Numbered from the whole stretch's first letter, positions 38,566-51,735 are shown. The stretch: DNA of 62,981 nt, filler included, from Rhabdomonas costata (GCA_019059605.1; 46 parts of 46 records of this genome joined end to end with filler, not necessarily neighbours in it), one strand, 5' to 3'. Notes: generated by a model from the letters alone, not told the origin. Program-made: numbers and translations.

Positions 38566-39305
38566 TCAGCTTCTCAGCCACTTGTGGCTGAGGTGCTGCC
38601 GCGCGGTGACCCGTAGCTCAGGCTCATACCTCAGCATCGGCAGCAAGAAGTCTGCAATCTCCTCCGCCTGCGCATCCGCACAATCAGTACCGGTGGAGAG
38701 TGAACAAACAGTCTCATTCTGACACCAATGAGACACACTACGACAGGATAGACGATCGCAGGGGTGGGGCTGGCACGGCATGGGAGGGAAACCTCTTGCG
38801 GGGTGAAGCCGTGGCGGGAGACCAGGTCGGAGAACCCAACGAAGTGCAGCCGAGGGAACCGGAACACCCCACTCTTGCTGAAGAAGAACTGCACGTGCTT
38901 GCCCTCCGCTGCACAGGAACGAAGATGCTTGCGTGTAGTGCGCGCGATCGGGTCTGACTCATATTGGGGACTGAAGCCAATGGTTCTCGAGGTTTTTTTT
39001 TTGCTTTGCATCGGAGGAAATAGGCTAAAAATGCTCGGGGGCAGGGGTTGCTTCGGTTCTCCTCTGGCTTTGCACTTTCGCAGCTCTTTGGGGACGGGAC
39101 AGTCCTCAAAGAGAAGGAAGTCCACAGGAGAGCTTTTTGAACATCTGATGCTTTGAAAAAAAAAGGGCTAGGAAAATGCCAAAGATGTCAAAATGTAAAA
39201 GAGGTGAGAGGTGAGATCGGGAAAGGTGTAAACTATCGTTGGGAACACCTTTTGTCATGGACTCTGGCATGTCACCCAGGCGGGAAATGAACAACGCCAC
39301 GTGAT
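38566..39305 (-). CDS. SRPK-family protein kinase C-lobe, exons 39305-39249, 38908-38793 and 38667-38566
   Basis: DHVALFISRLGDMPESMTK|AEGKHVQFFFSKSGVFR...|AEEIADFLLPMLRYEPELRVTARQHLSHKWLRS*. All three exons join in phase through GT-AG introns. Confidence 0.85.
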
Positions 39306-41126
39306 CTGAGGAAAATTGCGAAAATTGCACAAACATCCGGCACAAGAAAAAAAAGAAAAAAAAATGGCACTTTCATCAACGTCTCAAAGCAACTCGCAGC
39401 CAGCGCCATGCACTTCACACCCAAGCAAACACAAGACCATCATGAACCAAATTTGGGCCGCAATGGCGTTCGTGAAAAATCCACCTACACTGACACACTT
39501 GGGTTTGTGGGCTTGTCCTCCCCTGGGCTGACGAAGTACACCCCAGTGAGCATCTCCCATAGGATGCACGCCAAGCTCCACACGCACACGCACACGCACA
39601 CGCACACACATTCTCACTCTTTCTCTCACAGCTTGCACACACCACAGGACATTGANNNNNNNNNNNNNNNNNNNNNNNNNNNNNNNNNNNNNNNNNNNNT
39701 TAATTAATTAANNNNNNNNNNNNNNNNNNNNNNNNNNNNNNNNNNNNNNNNNNNNTGTTTTTGGGTTTTTATATCCTCATTGTGCCCTGTCCGCTGTGGA
39801 TTTGTGATTTTTTTTGTTTACGGCAGGTTGTGATGCCATTGTGCCGAGCGGATGGTGGATGTTTTTTTGGGGGTGTGTTTTGTTATGGTTAGTATCACTC
39901 TGCTCTGCATGGGTTCTGGCGAGCTCATCCCCTTGAGTTCTCGTCACACCCACACCGCCAGGCATTCTTCCGCCCTTTTCAGGCGAGAAAGCACCGTGAG
40001 AAAGCCCAGGGGCTCGCTGATTTTTTTTTGGTCAGCGCCACCCCACTAGCACAGCTCTCTCCGTGCGCCTTCTTCCATCTCTTTCCCTGTCCTGCCCTGC
40101 CCTTCTCGGTTGCTGTCCGTGGGCTTGTAGGTGTCATTAGAACCAGGCAACTGTGTCGGAACGTTGCTCGTGTGTAGGTAGTAGGCTTGCTGCACCACTA
40201 TCATTCGCATGACATGGGCAGCGTCGGCGCAATAGTCGGCTGTGTGTAGCGCTTTTGTTCGGCTTCCGTTGGAGAGCTGGGAAGCAGGAAACAAAAACTG
40301 CCCCCCCCCCCCCGCCGGAAACGACATTGAGGCTTCAGGCCTGTTGCTTTGCAAGAGTTTGATTAGGAAAGAAACCTTTGCATCTGAAAGGGTCCTCTGT
40401 GATCACTACCGTTCTGGTAGCACCCAGCGTCGCCCTTTAGATATGTTCGTCGAATATAGGAGAGCAGCAAAAGCAAAGCGTTGATTGACCCGACAGACCA
40501 CCACTCATGCAGAAGCCAGACGCAGCTGCGTCACCACCACCCGTCACCATCCCTCCGAGGATGCAGCGTTTTACCTTTTGCAATTAAATACGTCTGGCAA
40601 ATATTCCAGTGTCCAAAGTGTCCGTAACACCACGGCGTGGAGTGAGACGGGAAACACCCCAGCTGCGAAGGTCGCGTAGAAGCTGATGGTGACGCTGTAC
40701 AATTTGGCCGCTGAACTCCATCTGTTGCACGTTGTGCCCTCAAGTCTTTCAAGTCTTCTGTGGAGGTGCGTTCCGTAATTGCACGACGGGAAAACTTAAC
40801 TGCAAATTAGGTAAAAAGTCCCCAATCTTTCATGTGAATGCAAACCTTGTCCGTTTGTTTTGTTTGAGGCGAGTCTTGGCCTGTGGGAGATGGTCGGCAA
40901 CGGTGACTGAAATGTGGTCCCCTCTTTTTTTTTCTCTCTCAGGGTTTTATTTTGTATTGTGCCATTTTTCCTCACCACCAGCAGCAAAAGCCCCGCAGCG
41001 AGGTTCGAGAATGCCCACCACCACCCNNNNNNNNNNNNNNNNNNNNNNNNNNNNNNNNNNNNNNNNNNNNTTAATTAATTAANNNNNNNNNNNNNNNNNN
41101 NNNNNNNNNNNNNNNNNNNNNNNNNN

Positions 41127-42142
41127 GGACATCACCAACCAGGACATCCACGCCCTCTTCGGGCCCTACAGCGGCGAGATCACCGGGATCTCTTGGGCCC
41201 GCAGTGGTTTGTACGCATATAAGACGCGCGTCATGTCAAAAGTGAGAGTTACTGCCGAAGCGCTAATTCTGCAAAAAAAAAAAAAACTGACCATGGAAGG
41301 CCGACATGTGATGACCTTTAAAAGGTCGTTTTAATGTCCAAAGAAAGGCTGAAAACTCTTGGAGCACCCCGTTAAGTCGCGCGCCTTGAGAGAAAACCAT
41401 GTCACTATATCACCTTTTCAGTGCGCAGCATGACCTGAACCATGTTTTGAGGTTGAGGGCCAAACCATGCGACATCAGCCCACGTTTTATGGGAAGTGAT
41501 CGTAGCTGGTCTCTGTTTGGGAGGGGGGGATGCGGTTAGACGGCTTGATGTCGCTTCGCGCAGCATTTATAAATCGATCAAAATCATAAATCGCGCGCTC
41601 CAAAAACGATGCATACGTCCCGAAGTCGGACGGTCAGCGAACCAATCGGTGTCTTCATTCCTGCGATGGCTATCAGGTGCATCGCTCTTTGCTCGAGTCA
41701 GATTTGCGCACCATTTCTTGTTGGGGGTGGTGGGGCTCAACATGTGCCGAAACGGCACAGGCTTGAACCCGAATTGCTCCCCCGTAGTTCACATCAGTTT
41801 CCCACTAAATTACGTGTCATGCACACCCCGAAAAAAATGGTTAGGCTGGCTCTGGTTGTCTAAGTAAAAAAACCCAGCCATCCAGCAGCTCATGGGCCTG
41901 TTGCAAGACACTTCAGGATGGCTTTTAGCCTTGCCAGTCTTGTGGTTGGGCGGCGGGCAAAAAAGGGTAAACACCCCACCACCCACCCCAAAAAAACTCA
42001 ATACCAGAGTCGGACTCGAGCTTCATGCGGTACGGGTGGGTGGATTTCCGGAGCCTGGATGCCTCCGCGGCGGCTCGGGCGTATGCCTTGGGCAGCCGCG
42101 TGCGAGCCAACGACATCCTAATCTCGTTCTCGCAGCCGAGAC
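41127..42142 (+). CDS. RRM-domain RNA-binding protein, exons 41127-41206 and 42008-42142
   Basis: DITNQDIHALFGPYSGEITGISWARS|ESDSSFMRYGWVDFRSLDASAAA...ILISFSQPR, with an RNP1-like RYGWVDF. Confidence 0.8.
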
Positions 42143-43890
42143 GTCTGCTCCCCTGCCCCAACCCACTCGCACTCCCGCTCTTCGGTGCCTGTTTCATTGC
42201 AAAAACTCATCCCTCAAGTTTCCTGATGCAATGCGATTGTGTGTGTTTGTGTGTGCAGTGGATCAGGTCACCATAGCGGCGTGGGAGCCACCTTCCATTT
42301 TTCGGAAAGTGTTCACGCTTTTGTAGTGTCAACCGCCCGCGCTCGAGAAAGGACCATCCAGATGGTTTTCGTACGCACGCAATCAGATTCTAAACCNNNN
42401 NNNNNNNNNNNNNNNNNNNNNNNNNNNNNNNNNNNNNNNNTTAATTAATTAANNNNNNNNNNNNNNNNNNNNNNNNNNNNNNNNNNNNNNNNNNNNGGGG
42501 GTGGGGTGTCAGTCCACGGCCGTCACCAGCCAACAGCCAGCGCACGTACACCCCACGCACACATGCACACACAACTGCGAGCACTCACACCCTCACTCTC
42601 TCACGCACGTACGCACGTACGCCGCGGAAGTGTGGGTCCAAAACCTTCCGGCGGATCAGTTGGATTTTTTCATATTCTAAATCCCATCAGTCTTGCCGTA
42701 GCGGTAACCCCCGTGTACTGAATCCTGCAGCCCCCCTGTGTGCATTTTGGTTGCATGGTTGTCGCCTTCTGCCTGGCTCTCAATTTCATCTTTGTGTTTG
42801 CAGGGTTGTAGGATTTTGTCAAGGAGCCCCTCTATTCATGGACATGAAGGCATTGCTGTCATATGTTTGTGATAATGTGAATGTCCGGTGACGTGCGTGG
42901 CTTTCCTGAGCTGGCGATCCCTTCCATGGTCCTTTGTGGTTATATGCATGTGCCTCAACGGTGATTTTCCGCACAACCCCCTTTGTATGAACGTGTCAAC
43001 ACGCGCGGGCCTGTTTTCTCAATACAAGTGGTGCTGCTTGCTCTTGCTGTTCGGAGTTTTGGCCAGTGTGTGTGTGTGTGCGTGTGAGGGCGCAGGCTGC
43101 GGATCTCATCATCGAAAACTATGGAACAGTATTTCTGTAACCTCACTCCTGTAGGGAAGCCGACGCAATCTTATCGTATCTCCCATATGTGTGTGAGCCT
43201 TTCTTGTTTTCAGCCATCAACATCCTTCGCGCTCAATCCGAACCCAAAACCTAGTTCATTGACATCGTCCAGATTTTTTTTGAAATAACCCAAAGCGAGA
43301 TGCGAGGAAGTGACCACGATTTTGACTTTTTGATTACCGCAATTCGGAGCACCCTGGTGTTTATTATAGTATTTGTAATTTTTGGTTTGGATTTCCTTCC
43401 CTAGCCTGCGGTTAAGAACTTGTATCCTCCATCGTCAAGTTTTTCCCCATTTTATTGGAAATCGCCCCTCAGAGATGCGCATTTCTGCTCGGGCCAGTGC
43501 AAAGCGAATCTTTTTTCCCACGACATATCCAGCCATCACTCGGAACTGTCGCCCAACTCCACCGACTGCGGTGTGTAATCTCAAGAAATATGGATCGCTT
43601 CGGAAATTTTTGAAAACTAATTCGATTTTTGGAAGTTGAAAGCTTTGGTGTTTTTGGGAAGAAAAAAACTTTTGTGAATTTACTACTGGTTCCGTCCTCA
43701 GCTCCAAGTGAGTTGGCGCCTTAGTTGGACTCCTTTGACTAAGTTGGGAAGGGAAGCCGGTCAACANNNNNNNNNNNNNNNNNNNNNNNNNNNNNNNNNN
43801 NNNNNNNNNNTTAATTAATTAANNNNNNNNNNNNNNNNNNNNNNNNNNNNNNNNNNNNNNNNNNNNGGTTTTGTTGGTAAATCTCCGAAA

Positions 43891-44130
43891 TTATTTGGGT
43901 CTAGATGTCATCTGGCATGAATCAGTCACGCGGAATTTGTAAAAATCGTCCCAGTTCGTGATTGTGACTTCGTTAAAATGGACACATGCGCCTAACCCCC
44001 TGTAATGTTGGGCGTAGCGGACTGCAACCTTGTTCGGCAGCTGCTTGGTTTGTTTGATCTGCTTGATTTGATGCAACCACTGGAGGAGTCCTGCCCGATT
44101 GACATACCACTCGGGAAAGTGCTGGTTATT
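43891..44130 (-). mobile_element. Decayed LTR-retrotransposon Gag-like fragment
   Basis: QHFPEWYVNRAGLLQWLHQIKQIKQTKQLPNKVAVRYA...TITNWDDFYKF resembles the Ty3/gypsy capsid pattern WLxxxE...AVxYA...ITxWxxF. Stops flank it. Confidence 0.45.
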
Positions 44131-45424
44131 TTATATTATTTTACAGCTGTCGGTGGATGAGGGTCCGCGGCTGATATTTCAATTGTAAGCTGCGGTCCGC
44201 ATTTTCTAGACTCCAAAATTGCTTGATAAAATCCGAGGAGTGCTGGTTGAAATTCAAGATTCTGGGAATTGCTCGTCTCCAGGGCATTGGTGGAACGAAG
44301 GGAGGGAACTAAGAGAGTGATTTATGAATAACTTTACGTATATTTCTCCATGTGCGGCATCAGTCTAAAGAACTATTCACGAAAGGGATCTTGGTACATT
44401 GGGGCTTCTGTTCGGAGAGGGAGGGTGTTAGTGCGTCGGATTTGCGTGGTGTGGGCGTTTCTTTTGTGCGTGTTGGTATGTGCGTGGGTACGCAAGAGTT
44501 GGTAGAATGGGTTGGTGATGGAGCGTGGATTCTGGAGTGGAAAGGTGTGTCTGGTGGGTTTTGACGTGCGGTGTAAGTGTTTGGAGTGCGTAGTTGGTAA
44601 TGGTGTGTTGGGGTGAGATGTTGTGTGCTTTGAGTGTTTCTGTGGATGTGGTGATTGTGAGTGCGTGCGATTTCCCGGGTCATGGTTACCTGTAGTTGGT
44701 ATGTGATGTAGGTGCTGGTTGGGACTGGTGGTTGCGCGTTTGAGTGTTCTGCGCGTGGATGGTAGATGGTAGTCACGGTGTGTTTGGTGTGGGGGTAGGT
44801 TGATATGGCATTTCTGTGCATGTGGGGCATTTTTGCGTGTGTGGGATGGAGGAGTAGGTCAGATTTTGCGTGTTATTGGTGGTGGGTGTGCGCGGGATGG
44901 GTATGGTTGACATGAGTGTGTGGGATGTGGATGTGAGTGTTCTCTGCGTTTTGTGGTTGATTACGTGTGCTTTTGGGGTCATGTCGTGCGCGTGGGTGCG
45001 TATGGTGGTATGCGTGAGTTGGGAAGGTTAGCTGGATGGTGTGCGGGATTCTGGGGCGTGGAGGGATGATCGAGTGTCCGTTTGCGTGGGATTTGCATGC
45101 GTTGGTGGTGTGGTTTGGGCGTTCTGTATAGGTTGATNNNNNNNNNNNNNNNNNNNNNNNNNNNNNNNNNNNNNNNNNNNNTTAATTAATTAANNNNNNN
45201 NNNNNNNNNNNNNNNNNNNNNNNNNNNNNNNNNNNNNGTTTTACTACTTGTATATTCATCCTATGTTTTTATCTTTCTTTTTCATTGTTTCATAATGACA
45301 TTGTATTAGGTCTCTACTATAAGTTTTACTGGTCCAATATATCTAAACTGATCACTGAATGCGAATTAAGACACTTCTTCTTTTGCATTCATAAGCCCGC
45401 AGCCAGCTAAGCTTCTTTCTTGCA

Positions 45425-45990
45425 ATGTCTTTCTCCGCCGTTTCCTTCCCCACCATGACCGTCACATTCCACCCCACCGCTGTGCCAACTGTCGTCCGCC
45501 CCTACATTCCCGGCACTTGCCGGTGCAAAGCACCGGCGAAATATGGTGGCTACTACGAAGCTTGCTTCGCCAAAAAGAACTCGACAACTTGCTCGGGCTG
45601 CCAAGGTCCGAAATCCACACAGTTTGTCTTTTGCCGCAACTGCGCATCCAAGCGCTTCTCATTTGAAAAGCAAGCGGATGCTAAGACTGAAACAACAAGA
45701 AAATTGTTGAGAGGAGGCCTGCCCCCAATGTCCAATCCTTGGACGAGACGGAACAAGCGAACCCTAGTTTCTGTTCCAGCATAAAGGATGCGATCGACGA
45801 GTACAGACGTAATCATTGTTTGACTGGAAAATCGGATGATGAGATACTTAAGTCTGCTAGTGACGAGAATGTCAGACTTGGATTCCGTGCAAGTCAGTTT
45901 TACGAGTTCTCTCATCTTCGTTTTAAAGCAGCGGTTGCTTTGGTCAATTTGATGGAGGCACAGAAGAAATTGTACAGTTCCAACCGCTAG
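45425..45990 (+). pseudogene. Intronless Cys-rich zinc-finger ORFan split by a 1-nt frameshift near 45690; giant-virus-like context
   Basis: ORF 45425-45784 (CRC...C; CSGC-x10-CRNC) continues in the -1 frame from 45691 as NNKKIVERRPAPNVQSLDETEQ...YSSNR*. The flanks are AT-rich. Confidence 0.6.
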
Positions 45991-46033
45991 ATTGTTTCTT
46001 TTGGTCTGAACTGTACTTTTTCGGATGACTTTT

Positions 46034-46061
46034 TATATATCGAAAATAATTTTGATATATA
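46034..46061 (+). terminator. AT-rich palindromic hairpin about 45 nt after the stop at 45990
   Basis: TATATATCGAAA-ATAA-TTTTGATATATA forms a stem of about 12 bp with one G:U pair, resembling Mimiviridae 3' hairpins. Confidence 0.45.
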
Positions 46062-46149
46062 TCAATCACAAAGACATTTATAAATATAAAAAATAGAATT
46101 TAATCGATATACAAGAAAATATGATAATTTTTTATTTTATAATGAAATA

Positions 46150-46157
46150 AAAATTGA
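46150..46157 (+). promoter_or_regulatory. AAAATTGA Mimiviridae-type early promoter motif
   Basis: Exact octamer in the context AATAAAAATTGAAAATTTTTTATTG, about 100 nt upstream of the ATG at 46258. Confidence 0.55.
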
Positions 46158-46257
46158 AAATTTTTTATTGTAGTTCTCTTATATACTGTATTGGATCATA
46201 GCATTCGTGTAGTAATCAACGACTTACAAGACTTCAAATAATTGCAACTTTGCCACG

Positions 46258-46410
46258 ATGGAACACATGGTTGCGACTTTTGATGGTTTGCCACTTCCGT
46301 TCGCTCTAGCTCAAGAGCTAGAGGACGATCAGTCACGACTGTTTGATGACAAAAACATATTGGAACAACGGGAAAGGCAGATTGAAGTGCTGCTTTCAAT
46401 AAATAAATAA
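46258..46410 (+). CDS. Small 50-aa ORFan downstream of AAAATTGA (not in the ORF track)
   Basis: MEHMVATFDGLPLPFALAQELEDDQSRLFDDKNILEQRERQIEVLLSINK*, a GC-richer island between AT-rich spacers. Confidence 0.45.
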   Translation: MEHMVATFDGLPLPFALAQELEDDQSRLFDDKNILEQRERQIEVLLSINK

Positions 46411-49400
46411 ACAGTAAATATTTTATTACGATCTAACAATTGATGATGGCGATGTAATTACAAATATTAAACAGCATATTGTAATGTTATATGATTTCAT
46501 CACACACANNNNNNNNNNNNNNNNNNNNNNNNNNNNNNNNNNNNNNNNNNNNTTAATTAATTAANNNNNNNNNNNNNNNNNNNNNNNNNNNNNNNNNNNN
46601 NNNNNNNNGGGGGTGTGCTGAGCGCTTTCCATGTCCGACTCGGATTGCACTCAGCACAGCCTCCTGATATCGCTGCCCTTGTTTTCCCAGGCTTGGGTCC
46701 GTGTGTCGGTCCGCCGCGTACGGCGGGGTGCCTTGAAGTAGCAGCCGCCCCATTTACTTCCTTTTCCTTGTTTTGCTTCCGAAACAAAGACCGCGGCTGC
46801 GCCATGCTGCCCCGTTTTGCCTGTTGAGCTCCGACTTCACAAAACGACCGCTTGGTAAAATGCTTCTTGGAAAAGCGTTTTAGCAGGGTTCTAGCCGTGC
46901 AATCTTGCATTGTGTTTCTCCCATGTTTGTTTTTGTTTTTTTCTCGGAGCTGTCTTTTCCAGCTTGGCTTTGGTCCTTTCCCCCTTCCTCCAAAACACGC
47001 CTTGCTTGTATTTCCATTTTTCCATCAGCCTCCGGCCAACTTTTCGTTTCTCTCCTTCTTTTCCCTTGTTTCGTTCGCGCTTGTTGCCGTCGATGATCAC
47101 AAGGGATGCAAAAGTGACGTTCACGACGATGAGACTTGCGCCGCTTACGTTTTTAATGGGGCAATAGGGATCTGGGCATCAAGTCGGTGTGCATGCTTCT
47201 ATTTATCATTCCGGGAAAAGACCTTCCACACCGCCCGTACCATGCCGAGAATTGCTCATGTCGCGTGGTTTTGAACATCCTCGGGTCCTTATCGGCACCG
47301 AGATCGACATCCGTGCCAGTTCGGCGCGGAAGTTGCCCACGTCTTGTCGCGGGTAGTCGCATAGATCATGGGATCGTTTCGGCGGGTTCATTCTCGCGAT
47401 TGTGGGCTCCCAAACATCCCACTTCTACTGGGGTTGAAGGAGCGACTTGGGTTCCAGTTGGCTCACATGAGGAGCACGAAGCACCGCAAGGAGACCCGGA
47501 GCACGCTATGCAAGTGGTTCGCGCGCTTGTTCCGATCAATTTAGCATATATCAAAACAAACGCCTATCAAAACAACTTTCAAAAGAAATAGCTCTAATGT
47601 GGAATTGTGCAATGTTAATATCCGATAAGTTCATCGTCAAGTTACAAAAGTTGTTACGTGTGACGAATGGGGACCGCGGGGGGTGAGCAACACACCCCCT
47701 AAGAGTATTTTGTGAGAGCATGGCCTAAAGTAAGAATACACAAACTCTAAAGTTATATAAACGCAATTTCGACACATTTACACCCACACCTATTCAGAAA
47801 TGCGCATCTTCCTTATGATCCATTTTCCTTATGGATAAAAGCTAGAAGCAAATGCAAACAACCAGGTATAACTCCAAAANNNNNNNNNNNNNNNNNNNNN
47901 NNNNNNNNNNNNNNNNNNNNNNNTTAATTAATTAANNNNNNNNNNNNNNNNNNNNNNNNNNNNNNNNNNNNNNNNNNNNTGTTTGTTTTAGTGACTAATG
48001 TTGGCGGAAGCTTTGTACAGATTGCGGCACTTTTTCGGGGGAGGGGGGGGCAGGTAGGAGTTGTTTTTAGTATCCTATATCTCACGTGTAAAAAGTTCCA
48101 ATTCTTTGGTTTTCTCCATCGCCAGTTATTGCGTTGTTCTCTTATTGAGAAGTGAAAGCCTGTAGGGTGCTACAAGGGTTATGCCCGCGGTTCGCTCCAG
48201 ATTCATCTCGCGGGGAACCATGCCTGGAAGGAGAACGACATGAAGCTGCTGACGGACATCCGCAGGAACTGCTTTGAGATGTAAGCTTCACTTGCAAGCC
48301 CACCCTGTGGGCATACGATTGCTGACGGGCATGAGCAAAAATCGGCGGGTCCCACTGCACAGCTGCATGGCTATAATGCTGTCTGACAGGCCTCAAGGCA
48401 AAGAGCTTAGGCTTCGCAAGAATTCCGGCGTTTCAGGACTGATAGAATTTTTCGGGCCATTGTTGGACTGTGGAGACAAGAGTGGGCTTTTGCCTCAAAC
48501 GAAACGAAGTGAGATACGAACGCAGTAAGCCTAGGGATCATGTAGATGTGCGTCCGTTTGTGCGTGTACCTGTGTGTTTGTGCCAAGTAGGTAAAGTTTC
48601 AAGAAATGATGTTTCGGCCACCCCCCGGTTAGTCAGGCTATCCAATCGAAGTGGTCCGGGCTGACGACCCGAAGGCTGGCAGCGCTGTCGAAAAATGTGT
48701 CCCGGCCTGTCCAGCTGCGTTGCGGTCGACTCCAGAGATGAAAAAATCGACGGTACGGATCCCACCTTCCGAATTGACCCAACTTGTTGTCATTTTGATG
48801 TCTCTGAGGTCGGGGGTGCCGAAAGGTGACGTGCAATTGAGCGGTGTGATCTTTTACATCGCTTTATGTTATTTTTGCCTTCGAAAGAGCCTTTTTTGTG
48901 CACCCGGGTCACCGGTTTGAAAATCTACCTTTCCTAAATCGACCAAACTTTCGATTTCCCAGTCGCCCAAACCAAAAGCACCGAAAAACGTGTTTTAGGA
49001 TCGACTTGCCCTGTTTTCTCGTCCAAAGTAAATCCTTGAAAGCCTATTTTACTGAGGGAACCAGTGAGCCGGTGTGTGTGTGTGTGTGCTTTCACAAAGC
49101 ACTTCAGTTTCGGGTGATATGCAGGGCGATGTGACCTGCATAAAAAAAGATCAGCGAAAGCAGTCTTGTTGATGTGGAAACGTAGGTGCTGGGACCTTGT
49201 ATAGTTCTATTTGCCAGTATGGGTGCAGTGACTTTTTATTGGTGCAAACANNNNNNNNNNNNNNNNNNNNNNNNNNNNNNNNNNNNNNNNNNNNTTAATT
49301 AATTAANNNNNNNNNNNNNNNNNNNNNNNNNNNNNNNNNNNNNNNNNNNNTTGTTTTGGTTTTGACAGGTCGGCTGTGTAACCGGAGCTTTTTGTTGTCG

Positions 49401-49848
49401 GCCGGGGCCCCTCCCCCCACCGACATTATGTAGCCGTCCCGGAAAGGGGACGTGGGCAAAAAGGTGGAAAAGGAGGGAAACTGACCTTGGCGTAAGGTAT
49501 GGGTCGAAGTGGTCATTTGTTTGTTTTCATGTTCCTCAGGCGTGCCCTCCGATCGCATGGCCTCTCAGCAAAGTCAGTAAAGGGAGCCACAACGGCAGAA
49601 AGTGGCTGCAGCAGCAGCAGCCACTTTCTCAGCTTATTATGAAGCAGCTGACACTCCCAGTCTTAAGTCTCGCGACTGCTCGAGACTACGTCATCTCCAA
49701 GCAACTTATGTCCTCAACCTGAGGCACCTGCTGGCCCCTTTGTTCGACAGGGGAAGTCCTGGTTGGGGTGGGGCCAGAATTGCCTTCCTAACGAGGCCAG
49801 CGAGTTAGACCTTGATATGGATTCGAGCAGATTTCGGTGCCCTCACAC

Positions 49849-49850
<2 letters not shown>

Positions 49851-49885
<35 letters not shown>
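49851..49885. repeat. (TG)n microsatellite
   Basis: Perfect dinucleotide run. Confidence 0.95.
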
Positions 49886-49886
<1 letters not shown>

Positions 49887-50524
49887 GCGCATTTCGCCCT
49901 GGCTGTTGCCTGGTTGCCTGCAACATGTGGCAAAACCACTGTGATCACCTGCAGTATTCCCAAATTTGTGACTTTTATTTTTCTCTATTCAACAATTTAT
50001 TCACCCAGCAGCGTTCCTCCATGGATGAAAAATTAGTTTCACGCCCCCCCTCCCGCCTTAACCGAAACCACCCGCCATCACCCGGAGTTCTCTGTGTATC
50101 GATACAGAATCGAAAGGGTAGATACAAGGCAACGAGAATACCAAGAAGAAAAGGTCACAACACAAAACAGGTAAATCAGAAATGTCATCACAAAGTTTGT
50201 CACAGTTTGTGGGTACTTCGTTCTTGGTGACCACTGTGGATTGACGGGCGCACGCGCTGTGGGCCCGGGTGCTCGCGAGAGGTGCCGTTGGAGCGAACGG
50301 TGCCGTGGGGAACCGGAACCGGCTCAACGCCGAACGTTCCACATCTGGTAACCCCCTTCAGCCCCACGGGTCCCGGGCCATATTCGGGCAGCTGCTCTTC
50401 TCCAGCGGTTACCAGCATTGCTCCATTGCTGCTCAGGTCTCTGCGACTCCACCCTGCTTCCTTCGTTTTGCAACTATAGACATCCTGCAAGTAGTTTTGA
50501 AAAGACGAAAAACGGGTTTCTTTC

Positions 50525-50618
50525 GAAGCGAAAAGTTGTTTGAAAAGACGGGGCTGACTGAAAGAGGGCAGAAAACGAGATATTGACAGTCGCGTCTTTT
50601 CAAACAACTTTTCGCTTC
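50525..50618. repeat. Fold-back inverted repeat at a contig end (26-bp perfect arms 50525-50550 and 50593-50618)
   Basis: GAAGCGAAAAGTTGTTTGAAAAGACG and its exact reverse complement next to the linker. Confidence 0.9.
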
Positions 50619-51735
50619 AAAAAAAACNNNNNNNNNNNNNNNNNNNNNNNNNNNNNNNNNNNNNNNNNNNNTTAATTAATTAANNNNNNNNNNNNNNNNN
50701 NNNNNNNNNNNNNNNNNNNNNNNNNNNCGCCGTGTTTTCCGTGACGCTGACTGGTGTGGTGGGGCACCTGAGGATTGTCAGTGGTAGCTAGCTGGTGAAG
50801 CTGCTTTACCATTGTACACGGCATTGCACTTTGGTTTGGTTGTGGTTGATATAAGTTTGGAGGAGAGAGGCTTAAGTTGAATGTTTCTGTATGTGCACGT
50901 TTTGGCTGCGGGTGGACTTGTTCTGATTTTGGACTACTGGTCAGAAGGCCTCCTCGCTTGGGGCTTTTGAGCTATAGCTTTTGCTGTGGGGAACCGCTGT
51001 CTTTGGAAAAGCTGTTTTTTACTTTGCGGGAAGATGACTGAGGCCGGAGGCCACAGTCGGAGTGGGATTGTTAACAGTGATTGGAGACTGATAACGTGTT
51101 GCAGGGCTGGTCAAGCCTTGCTGGGCATTGGGAGGCCATTCACGGGTGAAAGTGAGGCATCTGCGGGTGGATATGGGACGGAAAATCATTTGGGGGAGTG
51201 TTGCGTTGCCAGTGATGTCGACACAGTTGTTTTTTATGCACTCGTATTCTTTTGTTTGCGTTCATTTTCTGGAACTTGCCCCAAGTCTTGAGATTTACAG
51301 GTGACGTTAGCTGTACCGTTTTGCCTCTCACTTTTGGCATGGCACAGGATATCTCATGTTTTCACAGGGTTAGCGGACATCTTCTCGATCTTATCTTTTC
51401 AAGGCGCTTTCAGCAGACCATTTTGACTGGTTGGACCAACTTTCCTCTTGGGTTGTGGCGGACAAGTGGACACAGGTTTATTTCACGGAATGCCATCGTG
51501 CCTTTGCGGCGCAGCCGGAGCGAGCGGGTGAGACGGGGGAAGTTGGGTATTCGCTTGTGAGTTTTGGCCGTTAGGTTCATTTGCAACACATGTATGGGTG
51601 TCAGTCTAGTTTTGTTCCTGACCGCATCGCATCGGACCCGCCTCCCTCTGGAAGGGACACCTTTTCCTTGCACCGCAGACTCTCCGAATTATCTGCCTCG
51701 TCGTTTTCTCTTCATCGACCGTAGTCTTTCTGGGA

